Assembly: GCA_039810585.1 (NCBI GenBank)
Contig: JBDHXF010000001.1
Coordinates: 89,223-153,222, forward strand
Length of the DNA stretch: 64,000 nucleotides
Direction: 5' to 3'
Source: Chlorobiota bacterium
GTDB taxonomy: Bacteria > Bacteroidota > Ignavibacteria > Kapaibacteriales > NICIL-2
The notes below the pieces were generated by a model. It searched no databases. It had not been told where the DNA came from and saw only the letters and a program-made list of their open reading frames with translations. This document shows, piece after piece, positions 51,179-61,816 of this stretch. The number at the start of each line of letters is the position of its first letter. The first letter of the stretch is position 1. The position numbers and the translations under genes were made by a program.

Positions 51179-52132
51179 ATGGCATCGAACGAAAGCATTC
51201 GGAAGACAGAGATACGCGTTGGCATCGTTGCCATCTTAGGCGTTGTGATTCTCGTTGTTGGCATTACCTTAGGACGTGGCTGCAGTGTTTCGCCCTCCCT
51301 TAAAACAATTCCCATCCACTTTTCTAGTGCGAGCGGTATTGAGAGTACTGCACCGGTATTCGTGAACGGAATGCGACGGGGTCAAGTGTCGTCCATCAAA
51401 CCGGATACAAACGGTGTACTCATTCAAGTGATGATGGATGATGTGTCCGACCTACACAGCGACGCCACTGCTCGCCTCACAATACTCGAACTCACCGGCG
51501 GTAAAAAAATTGAAATCGGGACCGGAGTGGCTCAGAGTCCCTACAGCGGTCAGCTGATCCACGGACAAGTCGCGCCCGACTTTGGAGAGTTAATGACTTT
51601 CCTTGGCGATGTGTCCGGAGATGCCAAACAACTGCTTCGCCGTCTCGATACTATATCGGTATCCTTATCACAATTGTTGGCAGACGGATCCTTCGTCGCA
51701 AACCTCAAGGAAACAGCCACCAACGCCAATGCCAGCGTGGCCAGTTTGCGGAGAATTCTAGACGCCAATCATGACAACATTCAAGTAGCGGTGCAGAACT
51801 TACGCACGCTGAGCGATGACTTAAAGCGCATCGTCAAGGACAACGAACCGCAAGTCACCACGCTCATTCATAAGCTCGACAATACGGCCAACAGCGCTCA
51901 AAGCGCTATCACTCACGCCGATTCCACTGTGCAACGCGTGGATCGATTGGTAGCCGATGTACATTCGGTTGTGAGTGATATTCGAAAAGGTGACGGCACG
52001 ATTGGACGCCTGATTTATGACAAGGATTTGGCCATTCGCCTGGACTCTGCCATGGTCAATCTGGGAGTTCTTGTTGATCAAATCAATAAGTACGGCATCA
52101 ACGTCAACGTACGCTTGGGAACCCGTCCCTAA
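51179..52132 (+). CDS. MCE/MlaD-family protein
   Basis: N-terminal TM, MCE domain (PIHFSSASGIESTAPVFVNGMRRGQV) and a C-terminal helical region. Confidence 0.78.
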   Translation: MASNESIRKTEIRVGIVAILGVVILVVGITLGRGCSVSPSLKTIPIHFSSASGIESTAPVFVNGMRRGQVSSIKPDTNGVLIQVMMDDVSDLHSDATARLTILELTGGKKIEIGTGVAQSPYSGQLIHGQVAPDFGELMTFLGDVSGDAKQLLRRLDTISVSLSQLLADGSFVANLKETATNANASVASLRRILDANHDNIQVAVQNLRTLSDDLKRIVKDNEPQVTTLIHKLDNTANSAQSAITHADSTVQRVDRLVADVHSVVSDIRKGDGTIGRLIYDKDLAIRLDSAMVNLGVLVDQINKYGINVNVRLGTRP

Positions 52133-52212
52133 AAGCCACCATCATCCGTCAGCACAATACGTCTGCTCCTGAATTTCAATTCGTACCGGCTTCGCCGTTA
52201 CTCCCGTATAGC

Positions 52213-53721
52213 CTAATCTTCCGTGGAGAACTTATTGGCACTGAGTTCAATCTGAACAGGATATTTCCCGGTAAAACAAGCCGTGCAATAACCAATGCCC
52301 GGAGCTTGGGGTACGGAGTCCATTAAACCTTCCACAGACAAATAGTGCAAGCTGTCCACACCCAGCTCCTTGGCTATGGCATCTTGGTTTTCATGATGGT
52401 TCGCAATGAGTTCCTCGCTACTGGGGAAGTCCATGCCGTACTTGCACGGATGTGTGATGGGCGGCGAGGTGATGCGCATGTGTACTTCCGCTGGTTTGGC
52501 TTCGCGGACGAGTTTGACTAAAGACTTCGAGGTAGTCCCGCGAACGATTGAGTCGTCGATCATCACCACCTTACGACCTTCCACCACTCCTCGAACAACA
52601 TTGAACTTTGTCTTGACCTTAAACTCGCGCGAGTTTTGACCGGGGGCAATGAAGGTTCGTCCCACGTAGTGGGAACGTATTAATCCGATCTCGTACTTAG
52701 TTGGTATGCCGTTTTCCTTTTCGTTCACGCGAGCGTAGCCAAGGGTGGCAGTGTTGCCGCTGTCGGGAACGGCCATGATGGAAACGTCCTTGTACTCATC
52801 GTTTTCAACCGGACTCTCGAGCGCCAGATTCTTGCCGAGTTTGCGACGGACTTTGTCGACATTATGACCAAAGATTTTGGAATCGGGTCGTGAAAAGTAG
52901 ATGTACTCAAAAATGCAGTGACGGGCTTCGGGCGTCACATCGTCGATGGTGTAGGATTTCATCTCACCCGTTTTCAACGTGTCGGCATCAATAACCACGA
53001 GTTCGTTGTGTCCCACCTCTCGAACATACTCGGCGCTGATAATATCCAGTGCGCATGATTCACTGGCCACCACATAGGCCGAACTGCCGTCGGCATTGGT
53101 GATACGACCAATACACAAGGGCCTGAAGCCATGCGGATCTCGCGCCGCGTAGAGCGCCGTGTCCGTCATGATAACCAAGGAATATGCTCCTCGAGCCGTA
53201 CACAGGGCTTCCCGAATTTGTTCGAGTTGCTGTTCCTGGCGACTGCGGGCAATGAGATGCAGAAAGAGTTCACTGTCTGTCGTCGTTTGAAATATGGCAC
53301 CTTCCTCTTGTAACGCCGTGCGAAGCACGCGAGTATTCGTCAAGTTCCCGTTGTGGGCCAGCGCCAAATTGCCCTTGCGATAGTTAATCGTGAACGGCTG
53401 GATATTGGCCATGGAATTGGAGCCCGTTGTGCTATACCGGTTATGGCCAATAGCGTTTGGACCACGAAGCTTGCTGGTCAGTATTTCGCTGTCAGCAAAA
53501 ACATCCAGAACCAAGCCTTCATCTTTGTGGACGGCAAAACGCTGCCGGTTCTTAAGATCGTCATGGTAGGAGCTCACGATGCCGGCCGCCTCCTGTCCGC
53601 GATGCTGTAGAGCATGTAAGGCGTAGTAGGTCATGACCGAGGCTTGAGGATGGTTGTACACTCCCACAATCCCGCAATTGCACTGCGGTTTGTCGAGGGC
53701 TTCGAGGTATTCAGAAATCAT
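52213..53721 (-). CDS. purF: amidophosphoribosyltransferase
   Basis: Propeptide followed by the CGIVGV Ntn catalytic Cys, a PRTase motif and C-terminal 4Fe-4S cysteines. Confidence 0.95.
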   Translation of the reverse strand: MISEYLEALDKPQCNCGIVGVYNHPQASVMTYYALHALQHRGQEAAGIVSSYHDDLKNRQRFAVHKDEGLVLDVFADSEILTSKLRGPNAIGHNRYSTTGSNSMANIQPFTINYRKGNLALAHNGNLTNTRVLRTALQEEGAIFQTTTDSELFLHLIARSRQEQQLEQIREALCTARGAYSLVIMTDTALYAARDPHGFRPLCIGRITNADGSSAYVVASESCALDIISAEYVREVGHNELVVIDADTLKTGEMKSYTIDDVTPEARHCIFEYIYFSRPDSKIFGHNVDKVRRKLGKNLALESPVENDEYKDVSIMAVPDSGNTATLGYARVNEKENGIPTKYEIGLIRSHYVGRTFIAPGQNSREFKVKTKFNVVRGVVEGRKVVMIDDSIVRGTTSKSLVKLVREAKPAEVHMRITSPPITHPCKYGMDFPSSEELIANHHENQDAIAKELGVDSLHYLSVEGLMDSVPQAPGIGYCTACFTGKYPVQIELSANKFSTED

Positions 53722-53892
53722 AAAGGCGGTAATTCAGAGTTCCGAGCTGAGAGGAATCATGCAATTTACGAGCTTTCCGGCATAGCGGTGGTGTTGAGGT
53801 GGCGCCGTCGGAATTCGCTCCATCGCCGAATCGCTAGGAAACCGGCAACGAGTGCCGCCTTGCGTATATTTGCCGCTTCTGACCACTAACCA

Positions 53893-54645
53893 ATGAATGC
53901 TATGAGACGGGAAATTCGCACCTGGTGGAGTCCTCGCCTGAACAAGAACATGGAAATTGTTGCCTACGGCACCTATGGCTTTGCCTTGCTGCTTTTTCCC
54001 AGTGCCGCGGCCGATTATCTTGAGTACGAGCGATTTTACCTAATTGCTTCCCTCAAGCCTTTCATCGAGGCAGGCAAAGTGAAGGTCTATTCTATCAACT
54101 CCATCAATTCTGAGAGTTGGTTGAATTCGTCAATGCGACCCCGAGAAAAAGCCATTCGTCATCAGCAGTACAACGGCTACATCGCCGAAGAGGTGGTTCC
54201 GTTTATCTATAACGATTGTAACGGACGGGTGCCGATTGTCACGAGCGGTGTCTCACTTGGTGCTTACCATGCTGCAAACTCATTGTTCCGGCGTCCCGAC
54301 CTGTTCGACGGCACCATTGCCATGAGTGGCACCTATAACTTGAAAATGTACACCGGCAAGTACTGGGATGAAAACTGCTTCTACAATTCTCCGGTGCATT
54401 ATTTGCCAAACCTGAACGATCAGTACTGGCTCCCCATGCTGCAACAAAAGCGTCATATCTATTTTATGACAGGTCAGGGTGACTACGAGCATCCGCAATC
54501 GTCTACCGATATGGGTGTGCTTCTTGGACAAAAGGGCATTCCCAACTACATCGATGTGTGGAGTAAGGAATACCGTCATGATTGGCCAACCTGGCGCGAC
54601 ATGCTCCCCAGTGCTCTGAATAAGTGGTTCGCCAACGGCTTCTAA
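53893..54645 (+). CDS. esterase-family alpha/beta hydrolase (PF00756-like)
   Basis: GVSLGAY nucleophile elbow, 250 aa. Confidence 0.7.
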   Translation: MNAMRREIRTWWSPRLNKNMEIVAYGTYGFALLLFPSAAADYLEYERFYLIASLKPFIEAGKVKVYSINSINSESWLNSSMRPREKAIRHQQYNGYIAEEVVPFIYNDCNGRVPIVTSGVSLGAYHAANSLFRRPDLFDGTIAMSGTYNLKMYTGKYWDENCFYNSPVHYLPNLNDQYWLPMLQQKRHIYFMTGQGDYEHPQSSTDMGVLLGQKGIPNYIDVWSKEYRHDWPTWRDMLPSALNKWFANGF

Positions 54646-54717
54646 ACCGGATGTCGTTCGCAGCGTTTGAACGATCTACCACACGTACGAAGTTCTCCTC
54701 ACTTCCAATGGATTCCG

Positions 54718-55518
54718 ATGGATGCATTGCGCATAGCCGTACCGACATCGCCCCTACTGCAACCTTTGATAGAGCGCATTGAAGCCGTCGCTCAGGAATC
54801 CGTCCACGTTCTGCGCGTACCGGAGTTGCAGTGTGCCAAGCTACTCTTAGCTAATCGTTGCGATATCGCCTTGTTGTCGCCACTGGGCTACGGAGGCGGT
54901 GTGATCACGGCCGACTTCCGCGTCATCCCGTCTACGGCGTGCCTTCTTGATGGTTGGACCCACGCCGGCTCGATGATTTTTGGCAAGAACTTAGGAGATG
55001 TGCGACGAGTCCTGGCGCTAAGCCCTGCAGATTTTCTTCTCCGTTGCGGTCAGATCGTGCTGGAAGAGCAATACGGTATCGAAGCAGAATTGGAGCAGGG
55101 ACACGGATCGATTGACGAAATGCTCGCTGCGGCCGACGCCGTGCTGTGTCATGAACACGAAATGCAGGATGAGCAAGGGTTGGATATTTCGGAGGAGTGG
55201 GACATGAGCTTTGGCTTTGCTCTGCCCTTGGCACAATGGGTTTGTCGCAATGAAGTAGCTCTCGACGCCGGCGCTGAACACGACGAACGTGTTCAAGAAT
55301 TTGTGGACCTCACCCGGTCCTTTGCTACCGAAAATCTGCCGGATCTCGATATGCGTCACGAACTTCATGCCGTAGCCGATACCGAAGAACGCGAAGGTCG
55401 TATAGAATGGAAGTGGACCGAACGTTACGAACAGTGTATGGAGAGTACGCTGCACCTGCTCTACCAACGCCAACTCCTACCGGAGATTCCTGCCATAAAA
55501 GTGCTGGGTCGAGATTAA
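54718..55518 (+). CDS. hypothetical protein, possibly MqnA/MqnD-like (futalosine-pathway periplasmic-binding fold); tentative
   Basis: LRIAVPTSPLLQPL... N-terminus and a length of about 270 aa resemble chorismate dehydratase-type proteins. Weak call. Confidence 0.35.
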   Translation: MDALRIAVPTSPLLQPLIERIEAVAQESVHVLRVPELQCAKLLLANRCDIALLSPLGYGGGVITADFRVIPSTACLLDGWTHAGSMIFGKNLGDVRRVLALSPADFLLRCGQIVLEEQYGIEAELEQGHGSIDEMLAAADAVLCHEHEMQDEQGLDISEEWDMSFGFALPLAQWVCRNEVALDAGAEHDERVQEFVDLTRSFATENLPDLDMRHELHAVADTEEREGRIEWKWTERYEQCMESTLHLLYQRQLLPEIPAIKVLGRD

Positions 55519-55585
55519 ACCATATCGGTTTCGGTTTAACCAGCTGTGGATACATGTTGACACCTTGCTCATCCGTTTAAGAGAC

Positions 55586-55623
55586 TTTTAATACGTGCAT
55601 GCCGGAGGCATGCACGTATTAAA
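55586..55623. repeat. conserved hairpin element, second family member
   Basis: TTTTAATACGTGCATGCC-GGA-GGCATGCACGTATTAAA. Shares the outer stem and 3' flank (TCATCTCAGCCT) with 35245-35283. Confidence 0.65.
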
Positions 55624-55669
55624 TCATCTCAGCCTAGAGTTGCGGTCTCGTTGAAAAAATCTCCCCGAG

Positions 55670-55712
55670 AAGAACTCTCCGGTCGGCTACGCGTTCCAAG
55701 CCCGATAGAGAA
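55670..55712 (+). repeat. 43-bp exact repeat (intergenic copy)
   Basis: Identical to 50838-50880; lies between the hairpin element and the porin terminator. Confidence 0.9.
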
Positions 55713-55742
55713 ATAAAAAAGGTCGGCTGCTGAGCCGACCTT
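55711..55742 (-). terminator. intrinsic terminator of the porin gene
   Basis: Minus-strand GGTCGGCTCAGCAGCCGACC followed by TTTTTTTATTT. Confidence 0.65.
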
Positions 55743-55775
55743 CAGGTGAGAAAGGGAGTTGCGAATCGACAATCC

Positions 55776-56954
55776 TTAGAGATTGACGATGAAGTGCAGA
55801 TAGATTCTGCTGTCCGCGCTGGTTTTAGTGCCATCATACTTAGTCAACAAATCGCCGTTGCCTTTGTAGGACAGGCTTTGATAGTCGAGCGATACGGTGA
55901 CAGGCTTTGCAAGCTGGTAGACCAAGCCGAGAATGAGTTTGGACAACTTAGCGTTAGCTGATATTGTACGGGTGGCATCGGTCAAATCTGAGTTTGGATC
56001 GTAGCTATCCATACGAGCAAGCAGAGACAAACGAGACAAGTCGTCGGAAGCAAGGCGACCCTTCAACTCCAACCAAGCAGAGAATCCGCTGGACTTTGTG
56101 GAGCTATCAGCTTTCACGCCGTTGCTAAAGGAACCGAATTCAAAGCCTACATTGAAGTTGTCGGTTGGGAGAGCAACCAATGCTCCGAAACGTGAACGAG
56201 ATACACCAAGAGCTGTATTACCGGTGTAATAGTGAGCGGCAACCTGCAGCTTCTTGAAATCGCCACCGCCGTCCATCAGCGGAGTGATGACAACGCGACC
56301 AGCGAGGTCCTTGAAGCGATTATTTTCTGCCAGACGAAATCCAGTTCCGTTGAGTACCGAAATCTGAACTTCGCCCAATTTGTTCGGCAGCTTGGCGATA
56401 CCGGAAAGGCCCAAGTCGGAGGAAGCGCTGATACCACGATCATCCAACAAAACCTTGGAAATTCCGCGATATCCCCACAAACCTTCCACATAATCGATCC
56501 ACTCGGTCATTTGCATACCACCGCGGAAGTTCAACCAAGAAGCAGCCTTCCATTCGAAGTAGGCATACTTGAGTTGCATCATAGCGTTGAGGTTGCTGAT
56601 AGACGAGGTACTCGTACTATTTGAGGTGCTCTTGAGATTATTTACCGAATCGGCAGTCGTTGTAGTTGTGGTTGTGGTCGACACTTTGACATCGTTGGCA
56701 GAAACGGAGTAGATGTCCAGGGTTGCGCGGAAGTTAATGTCTTCAGCCAAGGGACCGCGGAAGTTGAGATACATCCGTTCGATAGCGAATTGGTTTGCAT
56801 CTTTTTCGGATGCACCGGCTCCGGCCTGGTTCCATTCCCAGCGTGAGAATAACACACCGGAAACTTTGGTGCCGTATTCTGGTTTCGCGTCTTGTGCCAT
56901 CACGGCTCCTGTCGCGACGATGAATGCAAAGACGACTGCAGTAAATTTGGTCAT
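55776..56954 (-). CDS. outer-membrane beta-barrel porin-like protein with poly-Thr/Ser loop
   Basis: Signal peptide; alternating beta-strand pattern; loop VSTTTTTTTTADSV...STSNSTSTSS. Confidence 0.6.
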   Translation of the reverse strand: MTKFTAVVFAFIVATGAVMAQDAKPEYGTKVSGVLFSRWEWNQAGAGASEKDANQFAIERMYLNFRGPLAEDINFRATLDIYSVSANDVKVSTTTTTTTTADSVNNLKSTSNSTSTSSISNLNAMMQLKYAYFEWKAASWLNFRGGMQMTEWIDYVEGLWGYRGISKVLLDDRGISASSDLGLSGIAKLPNKLGEVQISVLNGTGFRLAENNRFKDLAGRVVITPLMDGGGDFKKLQVAAHYYTGNTALGVSRSRFGALVALPTDNFNVGFEFGSFSNGVKADSSTKSSGFSAWLELKGRLASDDLSRLSLLARMDSYDPNSDLTDATRTISANAKLSKLILGLVYQLAKPVTVSLDYQSLSYKGNGDLLTKYDGTKTSADSRIYLHFIVNL

Positions 56955-57370
56955 GCCCTGATCCCTAAAAAGTGTAAAGAGTTGTTTTCCCTTGTAGCGA
57001 GCGTGAATTACAAGTGCGTCGCTACGAATTCGAAACTAGGGAGGCTCTATTAGGGCAATGTTACCAACGTGTTATGATGTCTTAACATGGGGTGCACACC
57101 CCGCCAAATTCCGCAAAACAGAGACTGAATGAATGGAAACTCACAATGCAGTTTGTTACAGTGTGGTAATATGTCGGGACCAAATTTTCGGTATCAATTA
57201 CCGCCATTTCCATCTGAATTCGCAGTTTTTACAAGCAATTAACAATTTTCCGAGTCAACGTGTAACGGAAACTGCCGGCTTCTGTTACTCTCTTTTATGT
57301 TGAGGCGAAATCCGCCTTTTTCATACCGATTGCGGAAATACATTCACCTACATTTACTAACTACCAAGGA

Positions 57371-59614
57371 TTGTGTATGCAGCTACGTTCTACCCTATTC
57401 CGAGTCTTGGTTCTTTTGCTCGTAGGCTTTGCCTCGGCAAACCTCAAGGCTGCGGCTCCGAACCCCCCGACGCAGTTCAACGCGACATCTCAGCGTGTTG
57501 ACGGTACGTCGTATTTCAACGTCACCCTTACGTGGATTGGCTCGACCTACGACGATTCCACAAAGCGTGCTCTCGGCTACCATATCTACATGGCCGATTC
57601 GATTACGGAGGATCAATCTCTGTTCAGTTTAATCGCTACCGTCACAGCTGCCGATTCCGGCAACTATTATCGCTACGTAGTGGAGCACCTTTCAGCAGGG
57701 TCCTATACATTCTTCATCAAGGCGTTCAACAACGATGGTGAGAGCAATCGGACACCTATTAAGTCCTTCACGCTCGTTATCACGAATACCAATCATCTGC
57801 ATATCGTTACCACACCGCCTTCTTCAGTGGCTAAGGGTGGAACGTATCATTACGAGCTGCGTGCATTCACGAGCGACAGTGCTAACAATTCTCACATTCG
57901 ATATAAGATTATCGGTGGACCGGATGGTATGACCATCGATTCCATGACCGGCAACATTACCTGGACTGCTCCCAACACTTCCGGCACCTACACAGTGCAC
58001 GTTTTAGCATACTTGGATAATGATGATTCGCAACGCACAGACCAAACCTGGACCATTACTGTTGGCGATGGTAATAATAGCGGCGGTGGCGACGGATGTT
58101 GCCTCTTTGCAGGAACTGTTAAGGATTCCAGTGGCAACGCTATGTCGGGAACTGTACGCTTGTACCGCCTCGACTCCCTTGGCCATGTTTCCACGCTCGT
58201 GGCAACAGTAACACTGGTCAACGGACACTTCACCTGTCACGTTCCACCGGGAACGTACGTGCTCCGTGCACAAGGCGACGGATTTGAATATGAGTGGTAC
58301 AACAATGCGAAAGAGCCGGCACAAGCCGAACATTTCACGGTTGGATGTCAGGACACCACAGAGATTCACTTTGAAGTGACTCCTCTGGCCCAAGAGCAGA
58401 TGTACACCTTTACCGGCCATGTAACAGACGCCGATAACGGAAACGGTCTGCAAGGAACTGTGTACTTCTACCCAATTATCGATGGAAACTTAGGAACACC
58501 GGTCGTTGCGCATTGCAATGGTGACGGCGTGTACACCGTACAACTCTCCAACCGCTACTCCTATTATGCGAAAGCAGTATCCGGAGATGCATACCTACCA
58601 GTGTGGTACGATAACGTTGGCTCGCCCTCGCAAGCAACCGTATTGCACGCTAATGAGAACAAGAGCAATATCAATTTTGCACTTCCGCATCGCCAGACAA
58701 CCAATAATGGAATGAGTGGTCAACTGGTTGATTCAGCCGGTACGGGCATTCAAGGTCGCGTTACGGCGTACCTTATCGTTACGCACAACAACGATCACAG
58801 CTTGGAGACGATCCGCACGGTGGAGACAGATTCGATGGGACATTATTCCATCTCAAACCTCACCCCGGGTCACTATGTGCTCTTAGGCATTCCGTCCAAC
58901 AGTCCATTTGTTTCCGGTTACTACCGCGCAAACAATTACGCAGCATCACAATGGGCAAACGCCACTCAAATCACGATGGATTCGACATCACATTCCACAG
59001 GCTTGACTATTAAGCTTGATGTGGAAGGTGGTGGCCATGGTATCGTTCATCTGCATGGCCAAGTGAACGGTCAATCCGGTATCACCAATGGTCATGGTGG
59101 AGTGGATATTCAATCGGTTACCCCACTGTCGGGCGCACTGTTGGTTGTGTTCGATGCAAACAACAAGATCGTGAGCTACACCTTTAGCGGCTCCGATGGC
59201 AGCTATGATCTCACCGATCTCCCGTTGGGCAATTGCACGGTATCTATCGACCGCGTTGGATACACGGCTGTGAACCAAAAGCTGAACTTCAACGGAACGA
59301 CCTATACCGTTCAAAGTGACGCCACTCTGGATGCTATCGCTTCGTCCGTTACCGAGGACGCAGTTACCAACAGTTCGGTAGCTCCGAATCCGGCGGACAC
59401 GCACCTGAACCTTAGCTTCCAAGCTATTGGTGGACAAGCTCAACTTCGAGTGCTCAATGCCGTTGGACAAACTGTCCAATCACTGACACAAGAGTTGCAA
59501 AACGGCCAAAATCAGCTCAGTTTGGACTGTTCCACACTGCCGACAGGTGCGTATTACCTGAACATCGGACAGGGTTCACGATCCACAACTATTAGCTTCC
59601 GGGTTGTGCACTAA
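57371..59614 (+). CDS. large secreted protein with Ig/FN3- and CarboxypepD_reg-like repeats and T9SS C-terminal sorting domain
   Basis: Signal peptide; repeated beta-sandwich modules (GTVRLYRLD..., GTVYFYPI..., GRVTAYLIV...); C-terminus ...TGAYYLNIGQGSRSTTISFRVVH. Confidence 0.7.
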   Translation: MCMQLRSTLFRVLVLLLVGFASANLKAAAPNPPTQFNATSQRVDGTSYFNVTLTWIGSTYDDSTKRALGYHIYMADSITEDQSLFSLIATVTAADSGNYYRYVVEHLSAGSYTFFIKAFNNDGESNRTPIKSFTLVITNTNHLHIVTTPPSSVAKGGTYHYELRAFTSDSANNSHIRYKIIGGPDGMTIDSMTGNITWTAPNTSGTYTVHVLAYLDNDDSQRTDQTWTITVGDGNNSGGGDGCCLFAGTVKDSSGNAMSGTVRLYRLDSLGHVSTLVATVTLVNGHFTCHVPPGTYVLRAQGDGFEYEWYNNAKEPAQAEHFTVGCQDTTEIHFEVTPLAQEQMYTFTGHVTDADNGNGLQGTVYFYPIIDGNLGTPVVAHCNGDGVYTVQLSNRYSYYAKAVSGDAYLPVWYDNVGSPSQATVLHANENKSNINFALPHRQTTNNGMSGQLVDSAGTGIQGRVTAYLIVTHNNDHSLETIRTVETDSMGHYSISNLTPGHYVLLGIPSNSPFVSGYYRANNYAASQWANATQITMDSTSHSTGLTIKLDVEGGGHGIVHLHGQVNGQSGITNGHGGVDIQSVTPLSGALLVVFDANNKIVSYTFSGSDGSYDLTDLPLGNCTVSIDRVGYTAVNQKLNFNGTTYTVQSDATLDAIASSVTEDAVTNSSVAPNPADTHLNLSFQAIGGQAQLRVLNAVGQTVQSLTQELQNGQNQLSLDCSTLPTGAYYLNIGQGSRSTTISFRVVH

Positions 59615-59646
59615 GGTGCAAACACCGACTTAGCAGGTCATCATTC

Positions 59647-59681
59647 CGTATAGCTAAGAGCCTGTATATCACCGATATACA
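59647..59681 (+). terminator. intrinsic terminator after the 57371-59614 gene
   Basis: AGAGCCTGTATAT-CACCG-ATATACAGGCTCT followed by TTTTT. Confidence 0.7.
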
Positions 59682-59786
59682 GGCTCTTTTTCAATTCGTC
59701 ACACCCTGCCCCGAGGCATTGTCATTTGTCAAAAAAAGCGTACATTTGCAGTCCGAAGATTTTTACACCCCGAGAAAGGTCTGTCT

Positions 59787-60206
59787 ATGGCAGAAGCCAC
59801 AGAGAAGAAAGAGAAGAAGCGTACCCGTAAAGCGAAGTACATTACGATTTACTCTCCCTTTCTGATGCGTGAAACCAAGCACGAGTTGATTGGTGAACCC
59901 ATCGAACAGGAAAATGGCAGAACACAATGGGCGCGCTGTACTGTTAGTCACCACTCGCAGCTCATTAATCTGGATGCGATTCAGGCTCAGCAGGATAAGA
60001 ACAAGTCATTCGACATCCGCATCTCTCGCGAAGATTCGAAGCAGTATTCGCCCAAGAAGGTGTTTGATGTCGGCGATGTTATTTATCACAAGATGTGGGA
60101 TGACGTCGGCATTGTACGTGCCAAGGAAGTCATGACCAACGGTGGCAACGCTATTGTGGTTCTGTTCGAAAAATCCAAAGAAAAGCGCCTGGTTGAAAAT
60201 CTCTAA
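59787..60206 (+). CDS. hypothetical basic protein
   Basis: 139 aa, Lys-rich N-terminus (KKEKKRTRKAK), no recognised motif. Confidence 0.45.
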   Translation: MAEATEKKEKKRTRKAKYITIYSPFLMRETKHELIGEPIEQENGRTQWARCTVSHHSQLINLDAIQAQQDKNKSFDIRISREDSKQYSPKKVFDVGDVIYHKMWDDVGIVRAKEVMTNGGNAIVVLFEKSKEKRLVENL

Positions 60207-60317
60207 TTTTGGCACCATGTGTCTGAATCGGCGCGAAGCGCGCTGATAAAGAATCATGAACGCTGAATCGACGATTAAGAACATTCAAATTTTCATTCAC
60301 TTCAATAGGAATTTTTT

Positions 60318-60512
60318 GTGATCGGTGTTACGATACAAGGAAACGAATCAATCGACCGCGCTCTGCGTCGTTTCAAGAAAAAATACGAGCGCAGTGGCGT
60401 CCTTCGTGAATTTAAAGCTCGCGCTTTTTTTGTGAAGCCTTCAGTTAACAAGCGCTTAGCACATATGAAAGCCGTTCGTCGCCAGCAGCGCGTTCAAATG
60501 GAGCAAGAGTAG
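60318..60512 (+). CDS. rpsU: 30S ribosomal protein S21
   Basis: GTG start; ...ESIDRALRRFKKKYERSGVLREFKAR... is the bS21 signature. Confidence 0.85.
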   Translation: MIGVTIQGNESIDRALRRFKKKYERSGVLREFKARAFFVKPSVNKRLAHMKAVRRQQRVQMEQE

Positions 60513-60583
60513 TCGGTATGCGGTTGCCTGCTAGGCAACGCATGTTTCGACAAGTCTCAGGCTCGGCACAGTTGTTGCAGAAA

Positions 60584-60615
60584 GCAGTCCGTGTATCGTC
60601 ACGGACTGCTTTTTG
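60584..60615 (+). terminator. intrinsic terminator after rpsU
   Basis: GCAGTCCGTG-TATCGT-CACGGACTGC followed by TTTTTG. Confidence 0.75.
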
Positions 60616-60648
60616 TGTATTGAGATGTGTACCAAGCCTGGATCTTTT

Positions 60649-61674
60649 ATGAATTCTGTACTTTCTGCCGACGTCCCCACTCACGCTACTCTGCATCGCA
60701 ACCCGAGTATTGGGGCTGCTATCATTGTAAAAAACGCCGAGCATACCATTCTGGATACCCTCGAGTCGCTCGAGGAATTGGTGGATCACGTCGTTGTTCT
60801 CGATACCGGCTCTACCGACGCGACGCGCGTGCTTGCCACACGATGGGGAGCAGAGGTGCATTGTCATCTGTGGGAAGACGACTTCTCCAAAGCCCGCAAC
60901 CATGCCCTGAGCCTCATTCGTACCGACTGGTGTCTATGCATCGATGCCGACGAGCAATTGACGAGCAGCAGCTTTGACTCAATCCGAGAACGGATGGACG
61001 ATCCGACTATCGGGGGATTTCGGGTTCGCATTCAGAATGCCTTATCGGACGACGACTCCACCAGTATCGACCATTCATTCACCCGTATCTTTCGTGCACT
61101 CCCCGCCATTCGTTTCCGTGGTGCCATTCATGAGCAAGTAGCCGATTCCATTCGTGAAGCCGGGCTTCGTATCGAGGAGTCGGACATCATCCTCAATCAC
61201 GACGGATATCGCAATGTCGATGAGGCGAAAACGTCGCGCAACGCAACATTGCTTCGCAAAGAACTTCAAGAGCGACCCGACGATGTGTGGACCCAATATC
61301 ATCTTGGTCTCACCGAATTTGGGGCGGGCAACTTAAAAGAAGCCTATACCATTCTGTATCCTATTCGAGAGTCGCAGTTTCTCAGTCTAGAACAGCAGGA
61401 AATTGCCACCATCCGATGCGCACAGTGCGCGCTTGCTGAAGACGATTTTATGAAGGTTGAACAATTGCTCCTCCAACCTTGCATGGATAGCGAGCGCGAA
61501 GGTCTGCGCCAGTACGTACTCGGCGCTGCCTACTGCAACAAGCTCAATTTTGCCGCCGGATTGCGATGCTTTACCATGGCTCGCGAAAGCCAGTCACGTC
61601 TTGTAGATCAAAAGCAGTTGAGTTCAATTATCGATCAAATCCGTCAATTACGTCTACCCGGAAGCGCTGCATAA
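60649..61674 (+). CDS. GT2-family glycosyltransferase with C-terminal TPR-like region
   Basis: N-terminal GT-A fold (AAIIVKNAEHTI...VLDTGSTD...CIDADEQL) and a helical-repeat C-terminus. Confidence 0.7.
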   Translation: MNSVLSADVPTHATLHRNPSIGAAIIVKNAEHTILDTLESLEELVDHVVVLDTGSTDATRVLATRWGAEVHCHLWEDDFSKARNHALSLIRTDWCLCIDADEQLTSSSFDSIRERMDDPTIGGFRVRIQNALSDDDSTSIDHSFTRIFRALPAIRFRGAIHEQVADSIREAGLRIEESDIILNHDGYRNVDEAKTSRNATLLRKELQERPDDVWTQYHLGLTEFGAGNLKEAYTILYPIRESQFLSLEQQEIATIRCAQCALAEDDFMKVEQLLLQPCMDSEREGLRQYVLGAAYCNKLNFAAGLRCFTMARESQSRLVDQKQLSSIIDQIRQLRLPGSAA

Positions 61675-61816
61675 AGAACTCTGCTCTTCCCTGCCGATAC
61701 AATCCCGAAGCGGCTCAAGGTTTTGAACAATTCAGGCTCCGTGCTCTGCACGAAGAGCTATCTTGCTACGTCTGGATAGCATTACTCTCACTTGTACCTT
61801 TTTGCTTTCATTGCGT

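Noticed and set aside
60445-60903. 152-aa minus-strand ORF
   Set aside because: Antisense to rpsU and to the GT2 gene start, and crosses the rpsU terminator. It is spurious.
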